A stretch of 64,000 nt of DNA from Candidatus Methanomethylicaceae archaeon (GCA_025057955.1 JANXER010000002.1:5391-69390); one strand, 5' to 3'. Shown: positions 1 to 9,205, numbered from the stretch's first letter. The notes: a model not told the origin generated them from the sequence alone. Numbers and translations: made by a program.

Positions 1-505
1 CAGATGATGTGCCAGTTGCTTGTTCTCTACTTATTTTACTTCTGAGATCAAGAGAGGAGAGAGCCTTGCATTTTGCCTCAGTTATAGTTGAAATAGCATT
101 AACCATGCAGCCCTCTGTTAGATCTCTATTGACAATAACTATAATGTTTATGGTGCCAATTTTGAAAAAATGCTTTCCATCTGTTATGGATGTAGTATTA
201 GATGTTCCAGCTGTAACTATTGCTAAAACTTTTATATTATTTCCAATTCCCTCCACAATACTAGCTTTGGTCACATCAGCACCAGTCATTAAACATACAG
301 AATCCTTTAAAAGATTCTCCTTAATCTTTAAGAGTTCAAAAGGATTATCATAGAATTCTTTAGGCACATGGAGATTTATTATCTTTGTAGAAAATTTAAA
401 ACCACCATTAAATGGAGCTGAGCTCAAAATCTTAAGTGTCTTTTTACTTTCTACTATAATTGCCTCTGAATTGATATCTATTTTTAAATCCTTAAAATAC
501 TCCAT
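1..505 (-). CDS. cbiZ: Adenosylcobinamide amidohydrolase CbiZ-like protein (partial; continues beyond window start)
   Basis: Minus-strand frame not in the ORF track because it is partial. Translated by hand it reads MEYFKDLKIDINSEAIIVESKKTLKILSSAPFNGGF...TAGTSNTTSITDG, which is CbiZ-like. The ATG at 505-503 overlaps the cbiB stop by about 22 nt. It sits in a cobalamin-salvage cluster. Confidence 0.45.
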   Translation of the reverse strand, partial: MEYFKDLKIDINSEAIIVESKKTLKILSSAPFNGGFKFSTKIINLHVPKEFYDNPFELLKIKENLLKDSVCLMTGADVTKASIVEGIGNNIKVLAIVTAGTSNTTSITDGKHFFKIGTINIIVIVNRDLTEGCMVNAISTITEAKCKALSSLDLRSKISREQATGTSS

Positions 506-1395
506 TTTATCACCTCAATTAAGATTAATGTGATAATAACAATAATGGCTGAGGCTATGAAAATATTTAAAGCCTCTTTAATCTTTTCAAGAGAAGGAGG
601 ATTTTCACCACCTTCAATAAAATAATATCCGCATTTATTCAACCATATTCCCAGAGAGCCTGCCATCGTAGACATTGGCCATCCCGCATTTTTACTCTCA
701 GTAATACTATGATATCTCTTAGTAGTAGCAATTGCTCCCTTCCAATTTTTATTCAATATAAAGGAGGAAATAATGAATATTAATGATGTTAATCTTGCAG
801 GAATATAATTTGCCAAAGTATCAAGTTTTGCTGAAAACCAACCAAAGTGAAAATAGCGCTCATTCTTATAGCCAACCATGGAATCTAGTGTATTGATTAC
901 TCTATATGCCACAGCACCAGGAAGGCCAAAAATGGCATAGTAAAATATTGGTGAAAGAAAACCATCAACAAAGCCCTCTGCAATTGTTTCTATTGCAGCG
1001 GATGCTATTAAAGGAGGGGGGAGGGAGGAGGTATCTCTTCTTACAACCATTGATAGAAACCTTCTTGATTTTTCAATATTAGAATGAAAATTTTCCATTA
1101 TAGGATTAATATGATCAACCATACTCCTAAAGGCAAAAGTCATTTTAAGTATAATAGGAATTATGATTATTTGAATAAAGAAAATATCTATAGTTGTTAG
1201 AAAATATGCTGGTAAAACAAATAAAACTATTGATGATATGGCTAAAAGAGTTCCAGCCAATTTTTCATTGTTTATTTTCCTGAAAAATCTTTCTGCTTTT
1301 TCTATAAATTTCCCAATCCACACCGTGAGATGAAATTTATTTGGAGGTTCTCCAAACGTTATATCTATTAAAAATGCTAGTAATATTTGAATCAA
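484..1395 (-). CDS. cbiB: Adenosylcobinamide-phosphate synthase CbiB/CobD family membrane protein
   Basis: 303 aa. N-terminus MIQILLAFLIDITFGEPPNKFH is typical of the CbiB family. Multi-TM protein in a cobalamin gene context. Confidence 0.8.
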   Translation of the reverse strand: MIQILLAFLIDITFGEPPNKFHLTVWIGKFIEKAERFFRKINNEKLAGTLLAISSIVLFVLPAYFLTTIDIFFIQIIIIPIILKMTFAFRSMVDHINPIMENFHSNIEKSRRFLSMVVRRDTSSLPPPLIASAAIETIAEGFVDGFLSPIFYYAIFGLPGAVAYRVINTLDSMVGYKNERYFHFGWFSAKLDTLANYIPARLTSLIFIISSFILNKNWKGAIATTKRYHSITESKNAGWPMSTMAGSLGIWLNKCGYYFIEGGENPPSLEKIKEALNIFIASAIIVIITLILIEVIKWSILRI

Positions 1396-2765
1396 GGTTG
1401 AAATTCCTCCATTATTTGCCTTTTAATTCTTAAAATTGCTTCTGGATCAACTTTCTTAATATCAATGTCAGCTAATTCCTCTAATATTTTATCTGCAACT
1501 TCAACTCTATGTACCCATGTACAATCAATACAAGACCATACAATACCTTCAGTTTCTCTTTCAATAAATTTTCCACCAGTCGTCTCATCCAAGCATGGAT
1601 AGAAGGGACAGAAGCAAAGCCTACAATCGAAGACATATTTGTGACATTTCCTTTCCATACATATGGGATTGTTTGGATAAATTTTTTTCATAGAATTGAT
1701 TATATTATCTAGAGCCTCCAATAGTAGTAAATTTTCCTCTTCTCTTCTCGTGGCCACTCTTATGTATATATTAGGGAGGCCCTTCACTGAAGTCAAATCT
1801 CTTATGAGGAGGGCATAGGAAAGAAGTCTCCATTTTAGATTCCTTGGAGAAAAACCACTATTGCTAATGTCAATCATAAAAAAATTGGCTCCAGAATCTA
1901 TGGGTTTAAGACCATCAATAGATTTCAGAGATTCAAAAAACCTCTTCTTTGCTGATGTTAACCTCTCCTTTGAAAATTTAAGGAAATCCTTATCATTAAT
2001 TGCAGAAATTGCAGCAATTTCTTCTAAAATCCCCACCCTCCAACTTATTGCTGTGGCTTCAAACTTCTTAGCAAGATTTGGATGGCATATACAATATCCA
2101 ACCCTCAAACCAGGGAAACCAAATGGTTTTGTTAGCGATCTTAAAACAAATAAATTTGAAAACTCAAATGACCGTTTTATAAGTGATTCTGCTTCTTCTG
2201 ATAGCTCATGATATGCTTCATCAAGTATAACAATTATACCCTTATCTTCTGCTCTCTCAATGACTTCAATAATTTTTTTTGATTCTAAAACCTCTCCAGT
2301 TGGATTGTTTGGATTGCAAAGGACTATTGCTCCATGAGGCGATGCTTTATCAATAAAGTTAATCAAGTCATTAAAGTTTATCTTTATTCCATAAGGATGA
2401 ATGAAAATTGTGTTCAAATCCAAAGCTTTTGCAGCAGCTTCATATTCGCTAAAATTAGGGAGGGGAATTATAACTTCATTTCTTACGAATCTAGCAAGTA
2501 TGGAATGAATTAACTCAGTTGTACCACAACCAACTATAATTCCATCTGAAGATATTTCCAAATAGTTGGCTAAAGCCTCTCTTAATTTCGAATATTTTCT
2601 ATCAGGATACAGTTTTATGAGGTCAAGATGGTTCTTTATAGAATCAATAACATTGGAAGGGGGACCAAAAGGATTAATGCTTGAGCTAAAGTCAATTATT
2701 CTATTTGCTGGAATTTTAATTAAGTTTGAGATCTCAAAAACATTACCTCCATGATCAGCGATCAT
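1392..2765 (-). CDS. cobD: L-threonine-O-3-phosphate decarboxylase-like class I/II aminotransferase (CobD) fused to a C-terminal Cys-rich small domain
   Basis: 457 aa. N-terminus MIADHGGNVFE...INPFGPP matches CobD/HisC-like PLP enzymes. The last ~95 aa carry 9 Cys (CMERKCHKYVFDCRLCFCPFYPC...CIDCTW). Confidence 0.7.
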   Translation of the reverse strand: MIADHGGNVFEISNLIKIPANRIIDFSSSINPFGPPSNVIDSIKNHLDLIKLYPDRKYSKLREALANYLEISSDGIIVGCGTTELIHSILARFVRNEVIIPLPNFSEYEAAAKALDLNTIFIHPYGIKINFNDLINFIDKASPHGAIVLCNPNNPTGEVLESKKIIEVIERAEDKGIIVILDEAYHELSEEAESLIKRSFEFSNLFVLRSLTKPFGFPGLRVGYCICHPNLAKKFEATAISWRVGILEEIAAISAINDKDFLKFSKERLTSAKKRFFESLKSIDGLKPIDSGANFFMIDISNSGFSPRNLKWRLLSYALLIRDLTSVKGLPNIYIRVATRREEENLLLLEALDNIINSMKKIYPNNPICMERKCHKYVFDCRLCFCPFYPCLDETTGGKFIERETEGIVWSCIDCTWVHRVEVADKILEELADIDIKKVDPEAILRIKRQIMEEFQP

Positions 2766-3444
2766 AAAATCTCACCAAATCGAATTCCTCTATTTTCAGC
2801 ATACGGCGATTCCATTTCTCAATTATTTTACATTTTTTTGGCACGATCTTGCCCTTCATTATAGGGGATTCCAAAACCAATGTATGATATTCGCCCATCT
2901 CTCCACAAAATCCCACTTGAGCGAGATCATTAATAATTTCCATATCAATTATTCTTCCTAGCATATTTCTATTTAGCTTTGAAATATCTAAGTCACATAT
3001 AATTGCCTTAATTCCTGCTTTAATTTCCTCCAAAATAATGCGATTATCTTCCTCTTCACTATAAAGAGGAGCATGAAGCTTTACGCCAATTTTATTACAT
3101 AAATTCATGTACCAATTTAATTGATCTTTAGCATTTATATTACCTACAACTATCCACTCAATATTACGTGAGGAAAGAAACTCATAAAGCTGAATATATT
3201 CTAGGCCACTTTTGAGATGAAGCTTATACAAGGGTATGCCAATTAAGGAAGCAATGGCTTCAACTACATTTTGATTAATTTCATGGATATTTGGTCTTGG
3301 GAAATCATGTGTATTGAAAAGCAAATAGTCTATATTAATTCCGCTTTCTTTTGCTTTCATAATGGAGAAAACAGAGTCCTTTCCACCTGAAAAGAAGGCT
3401 AATCCTTTAGATTCCATTAATAATACCTCCTCACATACCCACAA
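2755..3444 (-). CDS. PP-loop ATP pyrophosphatase, ATP_bind_4 / MJ0570 (diphthine-ammonia ligase Dph6-like) family
   Basis: SGGKDS PP-loop lies a few residues after the probable start, M at 3417 (MESKGLAFFSGGKDS). Length about 220 aa. Confidence 0.6.
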   Translation of the reverse strand: MWVCEEVLLMESKGLAFFSGGKDSVFSIMKAKESGINIDYLLFNTHDFPRPNIHEINQNVVEAIASLIGIPLYKLHLKSGLEYIQLYEFLSSRNIEWIVVGNINAKDQLNWYMNLCNKIGVKLHAPLYSEEEDNRIILEEIKAGIKAIICDLDISKLNRNMLGRIIDMEIINDLAQVGFCGEMGEYHTLVLESPIMKGKIVPKKCKIIEKWNRRMLKIEEFDLVRFYDR

Positions 3445-4343
3445 TATTTACACTTATATTGGCTGAGAGGAGAACCGCAATAAGGACAACCATTTTCTGC
3501 CCTAGGAGGAGGCCCAAACATTTCTTTGAATAGTTTATAAAAGTAAATTTGTTCTTTACTCCAAAATTTCACTCCATCCTTAAGAGCTTCCTTTTCTATT
3601 TTTTCAGCTTCCTCTCCAAGCATTTTCAGAAATATTTGTGTTATAATTGAGCTTCCACTTCCCATTTCAATGGGCTCCTTATTTCTCCATGCTATCTCCG
3701 GAAAACCCATGGCATCAAGTAATTTTCTCAAAATCCACTTTCCATATGGTCGCTTTACTTTCCACTCGTAAGGCAAACTTCTTGCAAAATTAATTATTTC
3801 CTCTCTTAAGAAGGGGTGATAAACTTCTATTCCCAATTCCCTTCCAATTAGAGAGGAGGAGAAAAACCATTGTCCATAAAATTCATTGATGTATTTCTCT
3901 AGTTGATGCTCCTCCATTCTAACCATGAAATCATAGCCAGCAAAGAGTTCATCTCCCCCATCTCCAGTCATTACTTTTCTTATTCCCATCTCCTTACATT
4001 TTTTCAATGCAATGTAAAGAGTTATATCATTTCTTATTTCCACATGATCAAAAGTTCTAAATGTTCTAACTATTTCCCTTGAAGCATCTATAGCTTCCTC
4101 TATGTCATATCTTACAACTACACATGGCACACCAAGTTTTTTAGAAAGTATGAAGGAGTATTTTTCATCATTGCCAGTATTAAAAATTGCAGTAACATAT
4201 ATCACTGGTCTAATTTTTGATGTAAGTATGGCAATTAAACTACTATCAATGCCTCCAGAGAATAAAATAGCCTCAGCTTGAAAGGATTTTATAGAGTTCA
4301 TTAAAAGCTCCATTAAAATGGATTCATAGCTCATTTCAAACAC
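3417..4343 (-). CDS. Asparagine-synthetase-like PP-loop domain protein (no glutaminase domain) with C-terminal CxxC...CxxC zinc ribbon
   Basis: SGGIDSS PP-loop. The central region resembles the AsnB C-terminal domain. C-terminus CPYCGSPLSQYKCKYCG. Confidence 0.55.
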   Translation of the reverse strand: MFEMSYESILMELLMNSIKSFQAEAILFSGGIDSSLIAILTSKIRPVIYVTAIFNTGNDEKYSFILSKKLGVPCVVVRYDIEEAIDASREIVRTFRTFDHVEIRNDITLYIALKKCKEMGIRKVMTGDGGDELFAGYDFMVRMEEHQLEKYINEFYGQWFFSSSLIGRELGIEVYHPFLREEIINFARSLPYEWKVKRPYGKWILRKLLDAMGFPEIAWRNKEPIEMGSGSSIITQIFLKMLGEEAEKIEKEALKDGVKFWSKEQIYFYKLFKEMFGPPPRAENGCPYCGSPLSQYKCKYCGYVRRYY

Positions 4344-5134
4344 ATCACTACTTCATTTTTCAATTTTTTAGTCTTTGGAATTATAATAGGGCCATCTCCC
4401 TCCCACTTTACAATAGCCTCTATGCCATAAACTTCTCTCAAAAGATCTTCATTAATTACATCCCTTGGTCTACCATAAGCTATAATTTTTCCCCTATTTA
4501 GAACAAGAATTTTATCACAATAACTACAAGCCAATTCTATTTCATGAATTGAAATTATAACGGTTTTTCCAAGCTGTGTTAATGCCTTCAATATATCCAT
4601 GACTTCGATCTTATGTTTTAAGTCTAAATAAGCCACTGGTTCATCTAGTAAGATGATATCTGTTTTTTGTGCCAGAGATTTTGCTATTAAAATTTTTCTT
4701 TGTTCTCCGCTACTTAATGTATCAAAATCTCTATTAGAAAGATGATAAATCCCCATCAGATTTAGAATTTCCTCAACAAGCTTAATATCTTCATCTCTTT
4801 CCCACCATAAGCTACAGGCTCTATTTCTACATCCCATAAGCACAACTTCATAGCTCTTCATACTAAAGCCATTAGGCCAATTTGGCAACATTGAAGATAC
4901 AATCTTCGCATATTCTTCGTTAGTGTATTCTTTTGAGGATCTTCCTAATACTATTATAGCGCCCTCTGGATCTATACTTCTTGCAATACATTTCAAAAGT
5001 GTAGTCTTTCCTGAGCCATTTGGTCCTATTATACCAAGCATTTCCCCCTTTTTTACAACAAATTCTATATCATTCAATATTGTAGAGGAGGCAAAGCAAA
5101 CTCTTATGCCATTTACTATTATACTAAATGTGAT
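4331..5134 (-). CDS. ABC transporter ATP-binding protein, BtuD/FecE (cobalamin/siderophore) type
   Basis: Walker A GPNGSGKTT, LSGGE signature, Walker B ILLDEP. The ORF-track TTG start at 5077 leaves only 12 aa before the Walker A segment. The conserved N-terminal strand (..ITFSIIVNGIRVCFASSTI) continues in frame up to a stop at 5150-5152 with no ATG/GTG/TTG, so the 5' boundary is uncertain. Confidence 0.75.
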   Translation of the reverse strand: MTFSIIVNGIRVCFASSTILNDIEFVVKKGEMLGIIGPNGSGKTTLLKCIARSIDPEGAIIVLGRSSKEYTNEEYAKIVSSMLPNWPNGFSMKSYEVVLMGCRNRACSLWWERDEDIKLVEEILNLMGIYHLSNRDFDTLSSGEQRKILIAKSLAQKTDIILLDEPVAYLDLKHKIEVMDILKALTQLGKTVIISIHEIELACSYCDKILVLNRGKIIAYGRPRDVINEDLLREVYGIEAIVKWEGDGPIIIPKTKKLKNEVVMCLK

Positions 5135-6134
5135 ATCTCTCCCCCCTCCTCAATAATAGATATATGAAAAAAGGAGCGCCCATCATTGAAGTTATAACCC
5201 CCACAGGAATTTCACCTATAGGATTGAATGGACTTTTAACTATATTATCAGATACTAACAATAAGAAGGCGCCAGTAAGTCCAGCTAGTGGTAAAACAAA
5301 CCTATTATCTGAGGAGACTATCAATCTAACCATGTGTGGAGCCACAAGCCCTATGAAGCCAATTATTCCACTGAAGGCCACACATGTTGAAACAGATAAA
5401 CTTGAAACCAATAACATTAAGTTCCACAATCTCTTAGCATTAATCCCAAGCTGAGAGGCATGTTCCTCTCCAAGCAAGAGAATATTGAGATCTCTTGCAT
5501 TTATTAGTAGAAAAATAAATGAAGGAATTACTATGGGAAGGATTACTTGAAATTTATTCCAATTTGATGTAGAGAAGGATCCATATATCCAATAAAGTAT
5601 GCCATGAGCTCTTTCGGCAGCAATCACTAAAATAAACATTAATACAGCACTAAATATCGTGCCTACAGCTATTCCAGCAAGTATGAAGCCTATAGGACCC
5701 GCTCTGGATTTTCTAGCCAAAAACATAGTCAATAAAATTGAAGATAATCCTCCAGCAAAGGCAAAGAATGGAATCATAAAAATATTTAATGGTGCAATAA
5801 ATGCTATTGCAGCACCAAGAGCAGCACCAGAAGACATGCCAGTAATATATGGATCGGCTAATGGATTTCTTGTCAAAGATTGAATCACCCCTCCAGCCAT
5901 GCCTAGGGAGAATCCAGTAACAATTGCTAAGAGAGCCCTGGGAACTCTATAATTATTAACAATTATGCTTCCAGCATCATTGCTTGGACTTATTAGAGCA
6001 TTTATAACTTCAATAGGGGAAAGAGGATAAGCCCCTATCATTAATGAGGATAGAAAAGCAGTAAATAAGAGAATAAATAAAAAAGAAATATAGACTATTA
6101 GGCGAATTTTTCTTCGCTTGATAACCCCCAGCAT
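5124..6134 (-). CDS. ABC transporter permease, FecCD/BtuC family
   Basis: 336 aa polytopic protein with typical FecCD features. Operonic with the ATPase and the substrate-binding protein. Confidence 0.8.
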   Translation of the reverse strand: MLGVIKRRKIRLIVYISFLFILLFTAFLSSLMIGAYPLSPIEVINALISPSNDAGSIIVNNYRVPRALLAIVTGFSLGMAGGVIQSLTRNPLADPYITGMSSGAALGAAIAFIAPLNIFMIPFFAFAGGLSSILLTMFLARKSRAGPIGFILAGIAVGTIFSAVLMFILVIAAERAHGILYWIYGSFSTSNWNKFQVILPIVIPSFIFLLINARDLNILLLGEEHASQLGINAKRLWNLMLLVSSLSVSTCVAFSGIIGFIGLVAPHMVRLIVSSDNRFVLPLAGLTGAFLLLVSDNIVKSPFNPIGEIPVGVITSMMGAPFFIYLLLRRGERYHI

Positions 6135-6136
6135 TA

Positions 6137-7222
6137 TTATCGCCTAATTAAGCTCTCATATTCATTGATGAAGTTTGGCATAATAACACCAAATATATTT
6201 GGATGAAGAATGCTTGCAAGTATCAAAGTTGCATCAGCAACTCTAGGGCCTGGTCTCTCCAAGGCGTTAGCTGCACTTCCATTAAGAATATAAATTCTAT
6301 TGTTCTTAATAGCATTTATTTGATCAAATCCTGGAAGTCCTTTTAAATAATTGATCAATTCATCAGGAGGTCTTGGAAGTGACATAGAACTCATTATGAG
6401 CACATCAGGATTAGCAGCTACAATTTGCTCTGGATTCACTACAATCCATCCACTTTTATCACTAAATACATTTTCTCCACTTGCAATTGAAATTAACTCA
6501 TGTAAGTAGGTTCCATTACCTGTAGCCCACATTGGATTAGGCCAGACCAAGAAGACTACTTTTTGCTTGTTTACATTAGATAGCTTAAATTGTACCTCTC
6601 TTATTGTAGATTCTATTTTACTAATAGTGGCCTCTCCTTCCTTGAATTTAGAGGTAATTTTTGCAATTAATTTTATGTTATTCAAAACATCTGAAAGACT
6701 GCGAGACTCCAATGCTACTACTGTAAGTCCAAATCCCTCTAAGGTTGAAAGGAATTTTTTCTGTAGACTTGCATCAATTAAAACAAGATCAGGTTTTAAG
6801 GCAGCAACTCTCTCAGGGCTAAGCGTGGTGACGCCACCAACAGTCTTAATTTTACCAGTATTTATAAGATCCAGTAATTCTTTAGGATAATTGGAAAATT
6901 GATCAACCCCTACAATTTTATCTGAAAGTCCAAGGGCGAAGAGCATTTCAGTTATGGAAGGCGTGCATGAGACTATTCTATTTGGCTCTGATTTTATACT
7001 CACCATCCTTTCAAGAGCATCCCTTATGAAGAGAGGATAATGAAGTTCCTGAATAGCGCCTAGTTCTTTTTTGAGTAATTTTAGTTCATTTGATACCTCA
7101 GTGAGTGAAGCATTTAGCTGTCTAAGGTTATTTATGATTGTATTATTTGTGTAAGCAATAAAAATGCTATTGGCTAGCCCAATTAATATGGCAATTATTA
7201 CAATGACAAACAATTTTTTCAT
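6137..7222 (-). CDS. Periplasmic-binding-protein-type substrate-binding protein (BtuF/FepB class) with N-terminal TM anchor and coiled-coil spacer
   Basis: N-terminal TM segment, then a Peripla_BP_2-like domain. First gene of the BtuFCD-type operon. Confidence 0.7.
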   Translation of the reverse strand: MKKLFVIVIIAILIGLANSIFIAYTNNTIINNLRQLNASLTEVSNELKLLKKELGAIQELHYPLFIRDALERMVSIKSEPNRIVSCTPSITEMLFALGLSDKIVGVDQFSNYPKELLDLINTGKIKTVGGVTTLSPERVAALKPDLVLIDASLQKKFLSTLEGFGLTVVALESRSLSDVLNNIKLIAKITSKFKEGEATISKIESTIREVQFKLSNVNKQKVVFLVWPNPMWATGNGTYLHELISIASGENVFSDKSGWIVVNPEQIVAANPDVLIMSSMSLPRPPDELINYLKGLPGFDQINAIKNNRIYILNGSAANALERPGPRVADATLILASILHPNIFGVIMPNFINEYESLIRR

Positions 7223-7232
7223 TTTCTTTCAC

Positions 7233-7251
7233 TGGATGGATACTCCATCCA
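7233..7251 (-). promoter_or_regulatory. Perfect 8-bp stem / 3-nt loop hairpin in the 5' leader of the substrate-binding-protein gene
   Basis: TGGATGGA-TAC-TCCATCCA lies 10 nt upstream of the ATG. Confidence 0.2.
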
Positions 7252-7307
7252 TAGAAGAAGTAAAGCAGTTATATAAGGATTTTTATAAATAAGATGGGGA
7301 TGATTTA

Positions 7308-7460
7308 ATGAAGGTGAAATTGATCGTAGATAATGAAGAAATACAACTAAATGAATTTGTTAATAATATAATTGGAGAAATCATTGTAGGCGCAGTGAAA
7401 ACATTAAAAGGAGTAAATAAGGATTGGAAAGCTATAAGCATTGAGATAAAAAAGAATTAG
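7308..7460 (+). CDS. Small hypothetical protein (50 aa)
   Basis: Unannotated ATG ORF: MKVKLIVDNEEIQLNEFVNNIIGEIIVGAVKTLKGVNKDWKAISIEIKKN. No recognisable family. Confidence 0.2.
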   Translation: MKVKLIVDNEEIQLNEFVNNIIGEIIVGAVKTLKGVNKDWKAISIEIKKN

Positions 7461-7714
7461 ATTTTCAATTCTTCTTTGATTTTCCTTTTTATATCCTCTT
7501 TAGATGGAACCTTGCCAGAAATTACAACTTTATCATTTATTACTACAGCAGGTGTTATTAATACATCATATTTCTTCGCTTCTTCTGAATATATTGAAAT
7601 ATGTTTGACCTCTATATTTAAGCCAAGTTCTCTTACAGCCTCTTTTGCAATTTTTTCAGTTGTTTTACATCTTCCACATGGTGGATCGGTACCAATAACA
7701 ATTATCGATGACAT
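7457..7714 (-). CDS. Small thioredoxin-fold redox-active disulfide protein (CGRC motif)
   Basis: 85 aa with CxxC near the N-terminus. Thioredoxin_3-like pattern. Confidence 0.6.
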   Translation of the reverse strand: MSSIIVIGTDPPCGRCKTTEKIAKEAVRELGLNIEVKHISIYSEEAKKYDVLITPAVVINDKVVISGKVPSKEDIKRKIKEELKI

Positions 7715-7756
7715 AAGATCGTTTAAAAGAAAAATTTATTTAAATTTTATGTGAAA

Positions 7757-8317
7757 TTACTTGACAGTTGTAATTCTTAAAAAGGTCTTATATGTAACTC
7801 CAATTTTTCTTAAGCGTACCACTATGAAATTGCCTATTGGAAAACCAATAGTGTTAGCACAAAATGATATAAAGAAGAACATGGCACCTAAAATTTCTGC
7901 TTGTCTTGGAAAGAATAAGGGGGCAAAAACTAATGCTGCTATTGTTCCACCAATTAATCCAGTGCCTATGAATTCCCCAAAGCCTGCAATATATTCATGC
8001 TTTGGTTTCATGTTGGGATAAAAGTACCAATATATCATCCCAACAAGAAATGATCCTATGAGTGAGCCAGGATAAGCAAATATTGTCCCCACGCCCAATA
8101 TGTTTCTAATAGTGGATACTATAAAGGCTTGAGTCACCGCCCAAAATGGCCCAAGTAAGATTCCAGCTATTACATTTAGAGCAGATTGAATGGGATATAG
8201 CTTTATTGGACCTACAGGTATGAATATTGGTGAAAGTATAACACCTAAAGCAGCTATGATACAAACTGCAGCAATTCTTCTTGAGTTTAAATTCATAATA
8301 GCTTTTAATCTATTCAT
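7757..8317 (-). CDS. Small polytopic membrane protein, ECF-transporter S-component-like (ThiW-like)
   Basis: 186 aa with 5-6 TM segments. Overall resemblance to substrate-capture components. Weak call. Confidence 0.35.
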   Translation of the reverse strand: MNRLKAIMNLNSRRIAAVCIIAALGVILSPIFIPVGPIKLYPIQSALNVIAGILLGPFWAVTQAFIVSTIRNILGVGTIFAYPGSLIGSFLVGMIYWYFYPNMKPKHEYIAGFGEFIGTGLIGGTIAALVFAPLFFPRQAEILGAMFFFISFCANTIGFPIGNFIVVRLRKIGVTYKTFLRITTVK

Positions 8318-8388
8318 AGAATTTCAAAAAATGAATTAATAATAGTTTTATATAAAGGTTTATATAACTTATTTATAATATCAAAATT

Positions 8389-9042
8389 ATGGTCTTGGTT
8401 AAAAAAATAGAAGATAAATATATAGAGAAAGACTTAGATAAAATCCTTGAAGATCTTAACAAACTTTTAGAATATGCAAAGGAATTAGGTGCAACTGATG
8501 CAAAAATAATAACAACAGATAAAATTGTTATTGATGAAAGAGTGCGTTGGAAATGCTTAGTGCCAACATGCCGCTGGTATGGTAGCAGTATACATTGTCC
8601 TCCCTATCAACCAATAACGCCTAGAATTATGAAAAGAATAGTTAACAAATATAAATATGGAATCATAATAAGGCTTGATGCACCAAAAATTGAAGATTTT
8701 GCTGGTCCAGATTGGGTTAGAGCTCACATTCCAATAGAGCTAAAACATAAGGAAATCGTAGGAAAAATAGAGGCAGCTGCTTTTGATATGGGCTATCATT
8801 TAGCAATGGGATTTACAGCTGGAGAATGTTCACTTTGCTTAAGTAAAAATATGAAGTGCACTGTATTGGAAGGAAATCCATGTAGATATCCACTACAAGC
8901 TAGACCGGCAATGGAGGCTGTAGGCATAGATGTGTTTTTAACAGCAAGGAATGTAGGTTGGGATTTATATACCATTGGTTCTTCTTCAGATCCAAAATTT
9001 ATTCCAAGAGCATCATTGATAGGATTGATATTAATTTATTAA
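8389..9042 (+). CDS. DUF2284-like predicted metal-binding protein (multiple conserved Cys)
   Basis: 217 aa with Cys clusters (CLVPTCRWYGSSIHCPPY, GECSLCLS, CTVLEGNPCRYP). Confidence 0.4.
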   Translation: MVLVKKIEDKYIEKDLDKILEDLNKLLEYAKELGATDAKIITTDKIVIDERVRWKCLVPTCRWYGSSIHCPPYQPITPRIMKRIVNKYKYGIIIRLDAPKIEDFAGPDWVRAHIPIELKHKEIVGKIEAAAFDMGYHLAMGFTAGECSLCLSKNMKCTVLEGNPCRYPLQARPAMEAVGIDVFLTARNVGWDLYTIGSSSDPKFIPRASLIGLILIY

Positions 9043-9086
9043 AACCATAAGGCATAAATTTTTCCGAATATTTACTTTTTTCATGA

Positions 9087-9161
9087 GGGCCCGTAGCTCA
9101 GCTCGGTCAGAGCGGCAGGCTCATAACCTGTTGGTCGAGGGTTCAAATCCCTCCGGGCCCA
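9087..9161 (+). tRNA. tRNA-Met(CAU) elongator-type, or tRNA-Ile2 (CAU to be modified); no encoded CCA
   Basis: Clean cloverleaf: acceptor GGGCCCG/CGGGCCC, anticodon loop CTCATAA, T-loop TTCAAAT, discriminator A. Confidence 0.85.
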
Positions 9162-9205
9162 TCATTAATAATCTTTTTAATTCTTTAAAATCCATATAGT
9201 TAATT

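Noticed and set aside
9-353. 114-aa plus-strand ORF at the window start
   Set aside because: Its translation is low-complexity and hydrophobic with no recognisable family. The opposite strand encodes a convincing CbiZ-like protein, so this ORF is an antisense artefact.
1509-2754. Small plus-strand ORFs (1509-1712, 1861-2211, 2566-2754) inside the CobD gene. Similar embedded ORFs lie within other genes: 5164-5454, 5659-5883, 6567-6890, 7476-7754, 7761-8021, 9121-9441, 9922-10128, 10737-11021, 13223-13417, 14011-14529, 15776-16188, 16750-16986, 17926-18138, 18641-18829, 19437-20060, 20308-20598, 21682-22088, 22323-22517, 23208-23966, 24232-24426, 24714-24932, 26345-26596, 30332-30532, 30764-31093, 32320-32565, 33397-33588, 34274-34459, 37900-38106, 38873-39157, 40140-40400, 40675-40965, 41034-41243, 44207-45046, 45632-45832, 46553-46786, 48440-49391, 50747-51010, 52313-52570, 53114-53416, 53532-53786, 54466-55211, 55925-56543, 58355-59169, 60425-60613 and 62112-62315.
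   Set aside because: All lie antisense or out-of-frame within longer ORFs that have clear family signatures. Their translations are low-complexity.
7223-7307. Cobalamin riboswitch upstream of the importer operon
   Set aside because: The leader is only about 85 nt and lacks the conserved B12-box. Only a short hairpin is present.
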